Under the pieces are notes generated by a model that saw only the letters and a program-made list of their open reading frames with translations, was not told the DNA's origin and did no database searches. The position numbers and the translations under genes are program-made. DNA of 64,000 nt from Parachlamydiales bacterium. Lineage in GTDB: Bacteria > Chlamydiota > Chlamydiia > Chlamydiales > Rhabdochlamydiaceae. Location of the stretch: the NCBI GenBank assembly GCA_963705295.1, contig OY970065.1, forward strand, positions 886,178 through 950,177. Reading direction: 5' to 3'. Each line of letters opens with the position of its first letter. Within the stretch, counting starts at the first letter, position 1. Of this stretch, positions 36,464-45,719 are shown piece after piece.

Positions 36464-37240
36464 ATGCTATTGCAGGATATAGAGATTTCTTTAGACGATC
36501 CTCAAAAGACCCTGGCAAAATATACAGAAATCTTGGCTCTTACAGAAATCAGGGCTGGAGCTTTCGCTCGGTATTTACCTTTTTCTTTTTTGAATCAAAT
36601 CTTTCTTCTTTCGAGATGCGCGGTGACGATTCCACCCCCCATGGTCAATCGAGCCCCCTTTTTGATCTCTTCCATTGCAGCTCTCATGAAGGGGCTTTCG
36701 CAAGGTGGAAAAAAATTGTCACCGATGGTGGCCCTTTGCATGCAGGGCCTTCTTTTTAACATCGGTTTTCTTCTCTTTGGAAAAAGAGCTTTGGGACTCC
36801 TCATGGGCTGTGTTTTAGCGTCCGTCTGGGGGAGTGTTCAAATCGGTATCGTGATGACCCTTTTCTTCGGTGGGCCGTTTTATAAAATTTTGATGGCTTA
36901 TTCTTTGTTTAAAATGGTTGCAAGTATCGCCGTTTCTTTCTTATCCATGAAAATCTCTGAGGAACGATTCCGCCGTTATACTGATATTTTCCGCCAAAAA
37001 AAAATGGACCGAGGAACCAAACCTTTAAAGATCGTTTTGAATGCCGTGATCGAAACAGCTTTCGTTTTCTCACTAGGGTATTTCCTTTTTTCTTTCGAGT
37101 TAATAAAACCGATCGTCTTTTATTTTGCGTGGGCCATTCTGAACCAACTCGTGCCGACACAGCGGTGGGTCAAATTCCTTGCGAAAAAATTTCCCTCTGT
37201 ACAACAAACCTATCAAGATATTAAAGCATGGAAGAAGTGA
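36464..37240 (+). CDS. Polytopic membrane protein, hypothetical
   Basis: It has multiple hydrophobic segments, and its stop overlaps the SOD ATG (TGATG). Confidence 0.5.
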   Translation: MLLQDIEISLDDPQKTLAKYTEILALTEIRAGAFARYLPFSFLNQIFLLSRCAVTIPPPMVNRAPFLISSIAALMKGLSQGGKKLSPMVALCMQGLLFNIGFLLFGKRALGLLMGCVLASVWGSVQIGIVMTLFFGGPFYKILMAYSLFKMVASIAVSFLSMKISEERFRRYTDIFRQKKMDRGTKPLKIVLNAVIETAFVFSLGYFLFSFELIKPIVFYFAWAILNQLVPTQRWVKFLAKKFPSVQQTYQDIKAWKK

Positions 37241-37869
37241 TGAGAAAATTAATTTTTCTGCTTGCAGTAACGTATGTAGGAATGGTGGCTGGTTATCAAG
37301 CCAAAAACTATTCCCATCTTGTGGGAATGCCCGGTTTCAGTCAAAAGGCCTTAGAAGCTCATTTCAAACTCTATCAAGGGTATGTGACCAATACGAACCT
37401 CCTTTTGACCACTTTGGAAAAGCTCGCTGCCGATGGGAAAAATAAAACTCCTGAATATGCTGAGCTAAAGCGCCGTTTTGGATGGGAGTTCGATGGGATG
37501 AGGCTGCACGAGTATTATTTTGATAATTTAGGCGGAAAAGATTCTGCTTTGGATTCTAAGCATGCTCTTTATGTCCAGATCGAGAAAGATTTTGGGAGCT
37601 ATGAAAAATGGAAAGCCGATTTCGTTGCAACAGGATCGATGCGAGGGATAGGTTGGGCCGTACTCTATCAAGATCCTGCAACGGGACGTCTCATCAACAC
37701 ATGGATCAATGAACACGATGTCGGACATTTAGCCGGTGGAAAACCGATCCTCATCATGGATGTTTTCGAACACGCCTATATGATCGATTATCTTTTGGAT
37801 CGAGCTTCGTATATCGATGCTTTTTTCAAAAATCTCAACTGGGACATCATTCAACACCGGTATCAATGA
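37240..37869 (+). CDS. Fe/Mn superoxide dismutase family protein with N-terminal signal-like segment
   Basis: MRKLIFLLAVTYVGMVAG is followed by SOD motifs: LEAHFKLYQGYVTNTN, LHEYYF, GWAVLYQD and IMDVFEHAYMIDY (the D-x-x-E-H metal ligands). An alternative ATG is at 37228. Confidence 0.7.
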   Translation: MRKLIFLLAVTYVGMVAGYQAKNYSHLVGMPGFSQKALEAHFKLYQGYVTNTNLLLTTLEKLAADGKNKTPEYAELKRRFGWEFDGMRLHEYYFDNLGGKDSALDSKHALYVQIEKDFGSYEKWKADFVATGSMRGIGWAVLYQDPATGRLINTWINEHDVGHLAGGKPILIMDVFEHAYMIDYLLDRASYIDAFFKNLNWDIIQHRYQ

Positions 37870-38822
37870 AATTATACCGAAACAACTTGAAGAATCGGGA
37901 ATTTGACAAGGAGGCTCCTCAGAATTTTTGTTTGGAGCGAGCGACCATTGCCGAGAGGCAAGGCGCGAGTGAAAACAAAAATTCTGAGGTAAAGCCGACG
38001 CCGTCAAAACCCGATTCTTCAGGTTGTTTTGGTATACCTCTTTTAGGCCTAGGAACTTCGGATCTTCGTGGACGAGAATGTACCGAAATCGTCGCTGAGG
38101 CCCTTGAACTCGGTTACCGTCACATCGATACTGCCCATGATTATGAAAATCATAAGGCCATTCAAAAGGGAATGAAAGATTTTGATCGAGAGAAAATTTT
38201 TCTAACGACCAAACTCGAATTGAATCAGGTCGATCTGCGTGACATTTCCGGCTCAGTTGAAAAAGCTTGCGATCTAGCATTGAAGGAACTTGGAACCGAT
38301 TATCTCGACCTCTACCTCATCCATTGGCCTGATCATAATTTTTCAATGTCAAACATTTTCAAAGCAGTGAAAAAGTTAATCCAGAAAAGAAAAATCAAGA
38401 AAGCCGGTGTCAGTAATTTCACAATCCACCACTTGAAAGACCTTTTGGAAGAGGATGGCAAACCAATTGCCAACCAAGTCGAATTTCATCCGTATCTCTA
38501 TCAAAAAGAGCTTCTAAAGTTTTGCATTGCACACCGCATCCAGCTCATCGCGTATAGACCGTTTGGAAAAGGTGCTCTGTTGAAAGATCCCGTCTTCAAA
38601 AAGATCGGCAAAAACTACAATAAAACCGCAGGGCAAGTGATCTTACGGTGGCTCATTCAGAAAAATATTCCGACAATTCCCAAAGCTTCCTCTTATGAAC
38701 ATCTCAAAGAAAACATCGAAATTTTTGACTTTGCTCTCACAGCCAAAGAAATGAAAGAAATCGACCAGCTCAATAAGAACAAACGTTTTTGCGGAGCCGA
38801 AAATCCAGAATTTAACTATTAA
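37866..38822 (+). CDS. Aldo/keto reductase (2,5-diketo-D-gluconate reductase-like) with a 54-aa N-terminal insertion encoded by the palindromic element
   Basis: AKR motifs IPLLGLGT, GYRHIDTAHDYENH, LDLYLIHWP, GVSNF and IPKASS. The only in-frame ATG upstream of the catalytic Asp/Tyr region is 37866, which overlaps the SOD stop. Confidence 0.7.
   Translation: MKLYRNNLKNREFDKEAPQNFCLERATIAERQGASENKNSEVKPTPSKPDSSGCFGIPLLGLGTSDLRGRECTEIVAEALELGYRHIDTAHDYENHKAIQKGMKDFDREKIFLTTKLELNQVDLRDISGSVEKACDLALKELGTDYLDLYLIHWPDHNFSMSNIFKAVKKLIQKRKIKKAGVSNFTIHHLKDLLEEDGKPIANQVEFHPYLYQKELLKFCIAHRIQLIAYRPFGKGALLKDPVFKKIGKNYNKTAGQVILRWLIQKNIPTIPKASSYEHLKENIEIFDFALTAKEMKEIDQLNKNKRFCGAENPEFNY
37873..38036. repeat. 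Palindromic element, family B (~162-164 bp near-perfect long hairpin), lying in-frame in the 5' end of the AKR ORF
   Basis: The outer arms 37873-37899 and 38010-38036 are complementary at 25 of 27 positions. The inner arms CCTCAGAATTTTTGTTT (37917-37933) and AAACAAAAATTCTGAGG (37973-37989) are perfect. Extra pairings are TTTGAC/GTCAAA and GGCT/AGCC. Confidence 0.85.
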
Positions 38823-38833
38823 GAGAGGTATTA

Positions 38834-39829
38834 ATGGAATTTACTCAAATACAGCCACTCAAACAAAAAATTTCAAGAATTGGTCTCGGAACATGGGCCA
38901 TTGGGGGATGGATGTGGGGTGGTACCGACGAAAAAAATGCCATTGCAACCATTCATAAAGCCCTCGACCAGGGGATCAATTTGATCGATACAGCTCCCGT
39001 TTACGGATTTGGGGTTTCCGAGGAAATTGTTGGAAAAGCTTTGAAACAGTACGGGAAGCGAGATCGCGTTGTGATTTCGACCAAAGTCGGTCTAGTATGG
39101 ACTGATCCTCAACATGTCTTTCGTGATTCGAGAAAGCAGATCCTCCAAAAACAGCTCGAAGATTCTTTAAAAAGACTCCAAACCGACTATATCGATATTT
39201 ATTTTGTTCACTGGCCCGATCCTCAAACACCCTTTGATGAAACAGCAGAAAATCTCCTCCAATTACAAAAACAAGGCAAGATCCGTGCGATTGGAGTCAG
39301 TAATTTTTCTGTCGATCAAATGGAAGCTTTTCGAAAAGGGGGACCCCTCCATGTTCTCCAATCACCGTTTAATCTCTTTGAAGATGCCATCGAGAAAAAT
39401 GAACTCGCCTACGCTCTCAAAAACAAAATTGCCGTTCTGGGCTATGGTTCGCTCTGCCGTGGTATGCTATCGGGTAAAATGAGCAAAGAAAGACACTTCA
39501 AAGGGGACGACCTCCGCAAAGACGATCCCAAATTCCAAGAGCCTCATTTTTCAGAATATCTCACTTGTATTGCAAGGCTGCAAGACTGGGTGAAGAAAAA
39601 ATACAACAAACCTCTCATCGCTTTAGCCATCCGGTGGTCGCTCGACAAAGGGATCGATGTCGCCCTTTGGGGAGGCCGCAAGCCCGAACAAATGGAGGGA
39701 ATCGATCCGATCTGGGGCTGGAAATTAACCCGTCAAGATTTCGAAGAAATCGACCGAATCAAGCGAGAAACCCTCCTCACCCCGCTTCCGCAGAAGATGA
39801 TGGCCCCCCCCGATCGTGAAGCTATGTAG
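38834..39829 (+). CDS. Aldo/keto reductase (Tas/YhdN-like, 331 aa)
   Basis: Motifs IGLGTWAIGG, IDTAPVYG, IDIYFVHWPD and IGVSNF. Confidence 0.85.
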   Translation: MEFTQIQPLKQKISRIGLGTWAIGGWMWGGTDEKNAIATIHKALDQGINLIDTAPVYGFGVSEEIVGKALKQYGKRDRVVISTKVGLVWTDPQHVFRDSRKQILQKQLEDSLKRLQTDYIDIYFVHWPDPQTPFDETAENLLQLQKQGKIRAIGVSNFSVDQMEAFRKGGPLHVLQSPFNLFEDAIEKNELAYALKNKIAVLGYGSLCRGMLSGKMSKERHFKGDDLRKDDPKFQEPHFSEYLTCIARLQDWVKKKYNKPLIALAIRWSLDKGIDVALWGGRKPEQMEGIDPIWGWKLTRQDFEEIDRIKRETLLTPLPQKMMAPPDREAM

Positions 39830-39867
39830 TCGGTCCTGATTTAGTCGCTTTATCGGAGATTTACAAT

Positions 39868-39958
39868 GGGTTTCGATGAGATTTTGCTTCCCACTTCGAG
39901 GACAATATGTGAGATCTGCATATGGCCGAGAAATGGGAAGCAAAAGATCGCGAAACCC
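39868..39958. repeat. Imperfect 91-nt hairpin between convergent genes (possible bidirectional terminator or small palindromic element)
   Basis: GGGTTTCG...TTTTGCTTCCCA (39868-39893) pairs with TGGGAAGCAAAA...CGAAACCC (39934-39958), giving 12-bp and 8-bp stems separated by an internal loop. Confidence 0.5.
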
Positions 39959-39985
39959 ATGTAAAGATCCGATGAATGGATTAAA

Positions 39986-41032
39986 TCAGGGCCGACTTGT
40001 AAGGTGATTTTCTTTATACCATTTGGCGGGATCTGCTTTGAGTCTTTCGATCATCGTTACGAGGGAGTTGTCGAGAGAATGTTTCGGCTCCCATTCTAAG
40101 TATTTCTTAGCTCTTGAAATATCGAGCTCGTAATGGTCATCGGCTATGTCGATCATCCACGGTTTGATAAACGGTTTTCTTTTTAAAGGAAGATGACACT
40201 CGATCCATGCACCGATTTTTGCTACCCATTTAGGAATACGGTAAGTTTTAAATTCTTTCCCCCAAATCAGCCTGCTGATTTCTCTTTGTAATTGGTCATA
40301 GCTGAGGGTTTTTTCTTCAGCTAAATTCAAAACCAATTCTTGGGGCAATTTTTTTCTTAAATTGACCGCTTTTTCAATCGCATCCACCAGATCATCCATA
40401 TGCAAAAAAGCTGCCCCATGTGTGATATTTCCTGAAAACAGCCGACTCTCCAGTTGTTTTTCATAAATTCTTTGGATTTGGTGGCTGAGTGGAATCGAAT
40501 TACAGTTGTCATCATAAACACCCGCAATCCTCAAAATCAATGCAGGAATGTTTCCTCTTTTCTCATGGATAAGTTTTTCTGTTTTCACTTTTGAAAGTGG
40601 ATAATCCCACTTGGGTTCAAGGGGAGAGTCTTCGTTTATTTTTTGCCCTGGATTACAGGGAGCATAGACCAACATCGAGCTCGAAAAAATAAATTGTTCT
40701 ACTTCAAATTCTTGCAACGCCTTTAGAAGCCTTTCCGTCCCTTTCACCGTGATCAGTTCATATTTGTCCGAATGCTTCTCGTCAAAACTGTAATAAGCAG
40801 CCAAATGGATCACCGATGCAATCCGATTCCCATAAAAATGCCGAATGTGCATGAAAGCTTGGTGGACACTCTCATCAGAAGAGATATCCACAGGAATCAA
40901 TTCTTCATTGGCAGAAGCATACATAGCCTTCAAAAGTTCAAATCCGGCAATCCGATACTGCTCTCCGAGCCGCCGAACGACATTCGCCCCAATTTTTCCG
41001 CTACTTCCCGTGACAATGATAATTTCCTTCAT
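39986..41032 (-). CDS. NAD-dependent epimerase/dehydratase family protein (extended SDR)
   Basis: Rossmann motif VTGSSGKIG and catalytic YPLSK (YxxxK). I place the start at MKEIIIV; the track ORF starts at 41086. Confidence 0.8.
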   Translation of the reverse strand: MKEIIIVTGSSGKIGANVVRRLGEQYRIAGFELLKAMYASANEELIPVDISSDESVHQAFMHIRHFYGNRIASVIHLAAYYSFDEKHSDKYELITVKGTERLLKALQEFEVEQFIFSSSMLVYAPCNPGQKINEDSPLEPKWDYPLSKVKTEKLIHEKRGNIPALILRIAGVYDDNCNSIPLSHQIQRIYEKQLESRLFSGNITHGAAFLHMDDLVDAIEKAVNLRKKLPQELVLNLAEEKTLSYDQLQREISRLIWGKEFKTYRIPKWVAKIGAWIECHLPLKRKPFIKPWMIDIADDHYELDISRAKKYLEWEPKHSLDNSLVTMIERLKADPAKWYKENHLTSRP

Positions 41033-41058
41033 TTCTCTATTTCTATTATACTTAAGAA

Positions 41059-41469
41059 ATGATGACAAAAGAAAAAATGGAGGCATTAGAACGGAAAATG
41101 GAATCCCTCGGCCTCCACGAGTCCGATATCATTGAAAAATTCATCTTGGGTTCAGGAAGGGGAGGACAAAATCTTCAAAAAACCTCGTCGTGCGTCTATC
41201 TCAAGCACATTCCCACCGGCATCGAAGTGAAATGCCAGAAAGACAGATCCCGCGCGGTCAACCGCTACCTCGCTCGCCGTGAACTGTGCGAAAAATATGC
41301 ATCCCAAATCCACAAAGTCAAAACTGAAAAACAATCCCAGACCGAAAAGATCCGCCGTCAAAAACGTCGCCGGTCCCGCCGCTCTAAAGAAAAAATGTTA
41401 GAGAATAAAAAAGAAAAGGCCGAGACTAAAGAATTAAGAAAAACTCCCACTCGAAATGAATGGGAGTAA
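41059..41469 (+). CDS. GGQ-domain peptidyl-tRNA hydrolase (RF-1 domain, ArfB/ICT1-like ribosome rescue factor)
   Basis: [27 protein letters not shown] carries the GGQ motif, and there is a long basic C-terminal tail [14 protein letters not shown]. The length of ~136 aa is typical of ArfB. Confidence 0.65.
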   Translation: MMTKEKMEALERKMESLGLHESDIIEKFILGSGRGGQNLQKTSSCVYLKHIPTGIEVKCQKDRSRAVNRYLARRELCEKYASQIHKVKTEKQSQTEKIRRQKRRRSRRSKEKMLENKKEKAETKELRKTPTRNEWE

Positions 41470-41475
41470 AAAAAA

Positions 41476-41934
41476 TTAAGAAATGCGAGTGAAACGGGCT
41501 GGTACGAGTTTTGCAGCGAGTTGAAGCGGAGCCCAAGTCTCATTGCTAATGCGGACAGGTCCAAGCCATCTCAATACTTGGTTGTAAATTTGAGGTGCTG
41601 GTCCAAAAACAGCTTTAACAGCCTCGGCACCGAGCGCTCCAGCAGCACAATAAACAATACCACGATAAAGAAGTGTTTTATTAGAAGCTTCTTTGACTTG
41701 TCCTTTTCCTGCTACTTGAATAGGATCAACGAGATTTGCATACTCGAGTCCTGCATGAATTTTGTCAGATACATATTTAGTAAATTCACTTTTAGCAACC
41801 ATTTTACTAATGATTCGGTTAAAAAGTGTACCGACCAGAGCAACTCCCGTTGCACACATAATTAAACTAGGCATACGGAATGCAGCTACTTGGGCCATTT
41901 GCGATGCCGTATTATAAAATTGACCAATCGCCAT
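41476..41934 (-). CDS. Hypothetical protein (152 aa, hydrophobic N-terminal half)
   Basis: An ORF with no recognisable motif. Confidence 0.4.
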   Translation of the reverse strand: MAIGQFYNTASQMAQVAAFRMPSLIMCATGVALVGTLFNRIISKMVAKSEFTKYVSDKIHAGLEYANLVDPIQVAGKGQVKEASNKTLLYRGIVYCAAGALGAEAVKAVFGPAPQIYNQVLRWLGPVRISNETWAPLQLAAKLVPARFTRIS

Positions 41935-42057
41935 ATAAAATATTCTCCTTATTTTCTTGTTTTCCTAATCCCACTATAAGAATTAGAAGTGACAATCTTA
42001 TCAGAAATAGACAATAAATATGCAGTAAAAAAAATTTAATCGGAGTAAAATAGCAGG

Positions 42058-42402
42058 ATGTTGTGTCGTTGTGGAAGTAAAAAATTGTATGCAGAGTGTT
42101 GTGGTCCCTATCACGAGGGACAAGAAGTGCCGACCGCGCTGGCTTTGATGCGATCGAGGTACTGCGCCTATGCGCTGGGCTTAGTCGATTATATTCTTGA
42201 AACGAGTCTTCCGCCCCCTTTGAAAAAAGATATTGAATCGTTTTGCAAAGAGACGGTTTTTAAGGGTCTAGAAATTTTAGAGGCAACAGAGAATACAGTG
42301 ACTTTTAGAGTATCGATATCTCAAGAGGGCAAAGATTTTTCTTACGTAGAGAAAAGTTATTTTAAAAAAGTAGGAGATCAGTGGAAATACTTAGCTTCTT
42401 AG
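42058..42402 (+). CDS. SEC-C motif protein (YchJ/UPF0225-like)
   Basis: The N-terminus is CRCGSKKLYAECCGPYH (SEC-C metal-binding motif). Confidence 0.65.
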   Translation: MLCRCGSKKLYAECCGPYHEGQEVPTALALMRSRYCAYALGLVDYILETSLPPPLKKDIESFCKETVFKGLEILEATENTVTFRVSISQEGKDFSYVEKSYFKKVGDQWKYLAS

Positions 42403-43122
42403 GACGGCTTGGAGGTGTTCGCAATTTTGATGGCCGCAGGTGCACCCGAGGGGATCACCGAGAAAGACGCTATAATGTTCTTTTTGATCGAGGGGATTTG
42501 TCACAGAGAAGAGTTTATCATTTTCTTGTTTGATATCCCACGTGCGGAATTTGAGATCTTCTTCTGTAATCTCTTCTTCATCGTCGTCGTCATCGTCGAT
42601 GTCGATGAGAGCTCGGAGGATTTGGCAATAAGGGCAGTTGCAGTGGGGCTCGGGCTTCGAAAGAGAGGCGAGATCTTCGGGGAGGATCGCTTTAAGCGAT
42701 TTGATTTTTTCAAGGACTTCAGGTGGCAGGGGAGGGGTGCTGGCTTGCTCTTGGTTGTGCTGCATGATCGATGTCAGACCTTCGATCGGGAGAGACATTG
42801 GGAGAGAAAAGGGGAGAGCAAAGGTTTGTGTGGAAATTGAGCTGGAAGGGGATTCGGTTTCATGTTCTAAAACCTGGGCGTGCATCGAAAAAATAGTATC
42901 GACAATTTTCGGGTCTAAGTTAGGAATTTCGACTTTCGACTGGCTACGGAGTTCGATGATGAGGGAGTGACCGTACGGCTTGGTTTCGACATGTAAAGAG
43001 AGGATGTTTTTCCAAGATGTTGAAATATAAGGGGGTAGACTTAGGACTTTATCTGTTATTTTCATCATAACCTCGAGTGGTATTACTCTTCCTATTTTAG
43101 GAAAAATGGATTTCTCCGTCAA
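42391..43122 (-). CDS. Hypothetical protein with acidic tract and C-terminal SWIM-like zinc finger
   Basis: CNCPYCQ, then DIDDDDDDEEEITEED, then CTCGHQNCEHLQAV (CxC...CxH). Confidence 0.5.
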   Translation of the reverse strand: MTEKSIFPKIGRVIPLEVMMKITDKVLSLPPYISTSWKNILSLHVETKPYGHSLIIELRSQSKVEIPNLDPKIVDTIFSMHAQVLEHETESPSSSISTQTFALPFSLPMSLPIEGLTSIMQHNQEQASTPPLPPEVLEKIKSLKAILPEDLASLSKPEPHCNCPYCQILRALIDIDDDDDDEEEITEEDLKFRTWDIKQENDKLFSVTNPLDQKEHYSVFLGDPLGCTCGHQNCEHLQAVLRS

Positions 43123-43248
43123 CCCCCATTTAGCAGTTAAAATGTGTAACTGCTGGAAATAAATTGCAACTTGCTTATAATAAGGGTATTATAGAAAATC
43201 ATTGTGATCGATTTTCATATAATATATGAATGATTAAGGGGGGTACCT

Positions 43249-44562
43249 GTGGCCCGAAAAAGCTTTGTTCTTGATACCAATGTCTTATTACACGATCCCG
43301 ACTCGATCAAAAAATTCGTGGGTAGCGATGTCATTATCCCTTTAGCCGTCTTAGAAGAGCTCGATACGATGAAGAGGCTTTCTGACGAGATCGGGAAAAA
43401 TGCACGCCATGTGATGCGTTATATCGATTCCCTCAAGAGAAAAGAAGAGGGGAATTTGACCGATGGAGTCTCGATCGAGAACGGGATTAAGGTCAAAATT
43501 CATGTTGAAATGAAACTTCCCGAGAAAAAAACATTCCCCCTTCCACTCGACCGGATCACCAATAAAATATTGTTTGTCGCCTTTCTCTTAAAAGAAAAAG
43601 GTGAGCAGGTTGTCATAGTATCAAAAGATTTTGTGACCCGTGTCAAAGCTGAATCGATCGGTCTTGAGGCAGAAGATTATGAAAACCTCAAATTTTCCTA
43701 CGAAAATATCTACCGAGGGTATCGAAAAATCGAAGTTCCAAAACGAGACATCGATCAGTTTTATAAAGACAATTCAATTTCCCTGGATATTAAAGATTTT
43801 TTTCCCAACGAATACTGTATTTTAACCTGTCCTGAACAGTCGTCGGCTGTCTGTAAATTCAATCCACAAACAAAAAAGTTAGAGCCGCTTCTTAAAATAT
43901 CGAAGGATGTTTGGGGAATTCATCCCCTCAACATTGAACAGAAGTGTGCTATGGATCTTCTTCTAAGGGATGATATCAAGCTCATCACTTTAATTGGTCC
44001 GGCAGGAACCGGAAAAACCTTGATGGCTCTCGCCAGCGGCATGCGGAAGGTTTTTGATGAAGGACTCTATACAAAAATCTTGGTGAGCCGGCCCATCGTT
44101 CCTCTCGGGAAAGACATAGGCTATCTTCCAGGAACCAAGGAAGAAAAACTGTACCATTGGATGCAGCCGATCTACGACAACTTAGAATTCCTCTGCCAAT
44201 CATCGAGCGGAGTTGGAAATGGAGCCGATGCTCAGCAGTGGATTCTCGATAGCAAAAAACTCGAAATGGAAGCCGTCACGTACATCCGAGGAAGATCGCT
44301 CCCTAAAATGTGGATTATCATCGATGAGGCGCAGAATTTAACGCCCCATGAGGTTAAAACGATCATCTCGCGTGCTGGAAAAGAGACAAAAGTGATCTTA
44401 ACCGGAGATCCCACCCAAATCGACAATCCGTATCTGGATAAAGATTCGAATGCTCTCACCTACACCGTGGGCAAAATGCGCGATTATCCCATTTACGGAC
44501 AAATGTTCCTCGAAAGGACCGAGCGATCGGAGCTCGCCGCCATCGCAGCCGAGATCATGTAA
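43249..44562 (+). CDS. PhoH2-type protein (N-terminal PIN domain + PhoH ATPase)
   Basis: A GTG start follows an AAGGGGGG SD. The PIN-like motif is VLDTNVLLHDP, the Walker A is GPAGTGKT, and the Walker B region is IIIDEAQNLTPHE. Confidence 0.85.
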   Translation: MARKSFVLDTNVLLHDPDSIKKFVGSDVIIPLAVLEELDTMKRLSDEIGKNARHVMRYIDSLKRKEEGNLTDGVSIENGIKVKIHVEMKLPEKKTFPLPLDRITNKILFVAFLLKEKGEQVVIVSKDFVTRVKAESIGLEAEDYENLKFSYENIYRGYRKIEVPKRDIDQFYKDNSISLDIKDFFPNEYCILTCPEQSSAVCKFNPQTKKLEPLLKISKDVWGIHPLNIEQKCAMDLLLRDDIKLITLIGPAGTGKTLMALASGMRKVFDEGLYTKILVSRPIVPLGKDIGYLPGTKEEKLYHWMQPIYDNLEFLCQSSSGVGNGADAQQWILDSKKLEMEAVTYIRGRSLPKMWIIIDEAQNLTPHEVKTIISRAGKETKVILTGDPTQIDNPYLDKDSNALTYTVGKMRDYPIYGQMFLERTERSELAAIAAEIM

Positions 44563-45630
44563 CTATCTCGAGACTGCAACGCCAATAGCCGAGTCGGCGC
44601 ACCCATAATAGAGAAGCCATTTTCCCTTGAAATGGACAAGCCCTTGGATGAAGACGGTTCCGTCTTTATATTGTCCGCTCCGTTCATACGGTCTTTCGGG
44701 TTTAAAGATGTGTTGGTTGCTTCTGGAAACGACCCGAGTGGGATCTTTGGGATCTAGAACCAATTGTCCCGCAGCATAGGCTCCCGGGTTAATGTTAGGA
44801 TCTCCATTTTTTTTAGAATTTTTTCCATTATAGAGAAATATGATTCCGTCCTTCGTCAGAACAGCTGGAGGGCCTGGCTCGACTAAATCACTATCAAACT
44901 TTCCTGGGCGTGGGCAAAGGATGGGATCTGGAAGCACCTCCCACGAGATCAAATCATCTGATTTTGCAACCTGGATGTTCCCTTCTCCCCAATACATCCA
45001 ATATTTCCCTTGGATTTTCGTAGCAATCAAATGATCTCCTTGCCGACGACAAACAATCGAACCCGATTTCGAGTGGACCCGTTCACAAGGCTCAAATGCA
45101 TATCCGTGCTTTTTCCAGGTGATGAGATCATCTGAAGTCGCAATTCCAAGTACAGCGATGTCTCGATTCCACTGGGTATAGGTCATGACATAGCCCCCAT
45201 CCTCCGTCTCCACGATACGAGGATCCTCGCAACCACCTGGCCATTCTGAAAACTTTTGCCGATCATGATCGGGATACAAAACCGGTGTCGGTCTTCGGAT
45301 AAAATGCAAACCATCTTCACTAACAGCCAGGCCCAGCCTCGATGTGTGATGACCAATTCCTTCACCAAAATTATCCTCCGCTCGATAGATTAGATAAACC
45401 TTGCCACCCCGTACCACAGCCCCCGGATTAAAGGCATGATCGCTTTCCCACCGCACTTTATGCTGTTGAATCGGACAACAAAAAACCGACCCCGGATTGG
45501 GTTCCAAAATAGGATTCACTTTATCTGCTCTCTCAAACCCCTTCACTTTCCATTCTGTAGAATCGGCAGAAGAACACCCGAAAACGAAGAAAGCTACGGA
45601 TGCCATCAAGTGTTTTATTATCTTTCTCAT
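44563..45630 (-). CDS. GH130-family glycosidase/phosphorylase-like lipoprotein
   Basis: The lipobox is FFVFGCSS. Family-like motifs are AFNPGAVV, SRLGLAVSEDGLHF and GGCEDPRIV. Confidence 0.7.
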   Translation of the reverse strand: MRKIIKHLMASVAFFVFGCSSADSTEWKVKGFERADKVNPILEPNPGSVFCCPIQQHKVRWESDHAFNPGAVVRGGKVYLIYRAEDNFGEGIGHHTSRLGLAVSEDGLHFIRRPTPVLYPDHDRQKFSEWPGGCEDPRIVETEDGGYVMTYTQWNRDIAVLGIATSDDLITWKKHGYAFEPCERVHSKSGSIVCRRQGDHLIATKIQGKYWMYWGEGNIQVAKSDDLISWEVLPDPILCPRPGKFDSDLVEPGPPAVLTKDGIIFLYNGKNSKKNGDPNINPGAYAAGQLVLDPKDPTRVVSRSNQHIFKPERPYERSGQYKDGTVFIQGLVHFKGKWLLYYGCADSAIGVAVSR

Positions 45631-45719
45631 AAGTTCAATTTTTCCATATTAACGAAAATAAGTCGAACAGAAAGTTTTTAATTGAACTATTTTAAAATTC
45701 TTTTTTTTGTATCTATTCT

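Noticed and set aside
37729-38280. 183-aa minus-strand ORF whose translation resembles the plus-strand AKR N-terminus
   Set aside because: The similarity is a direct consequence of the DNA palindrome at 37873-38036. The remainder is antisense to the SOD and AKR genes.
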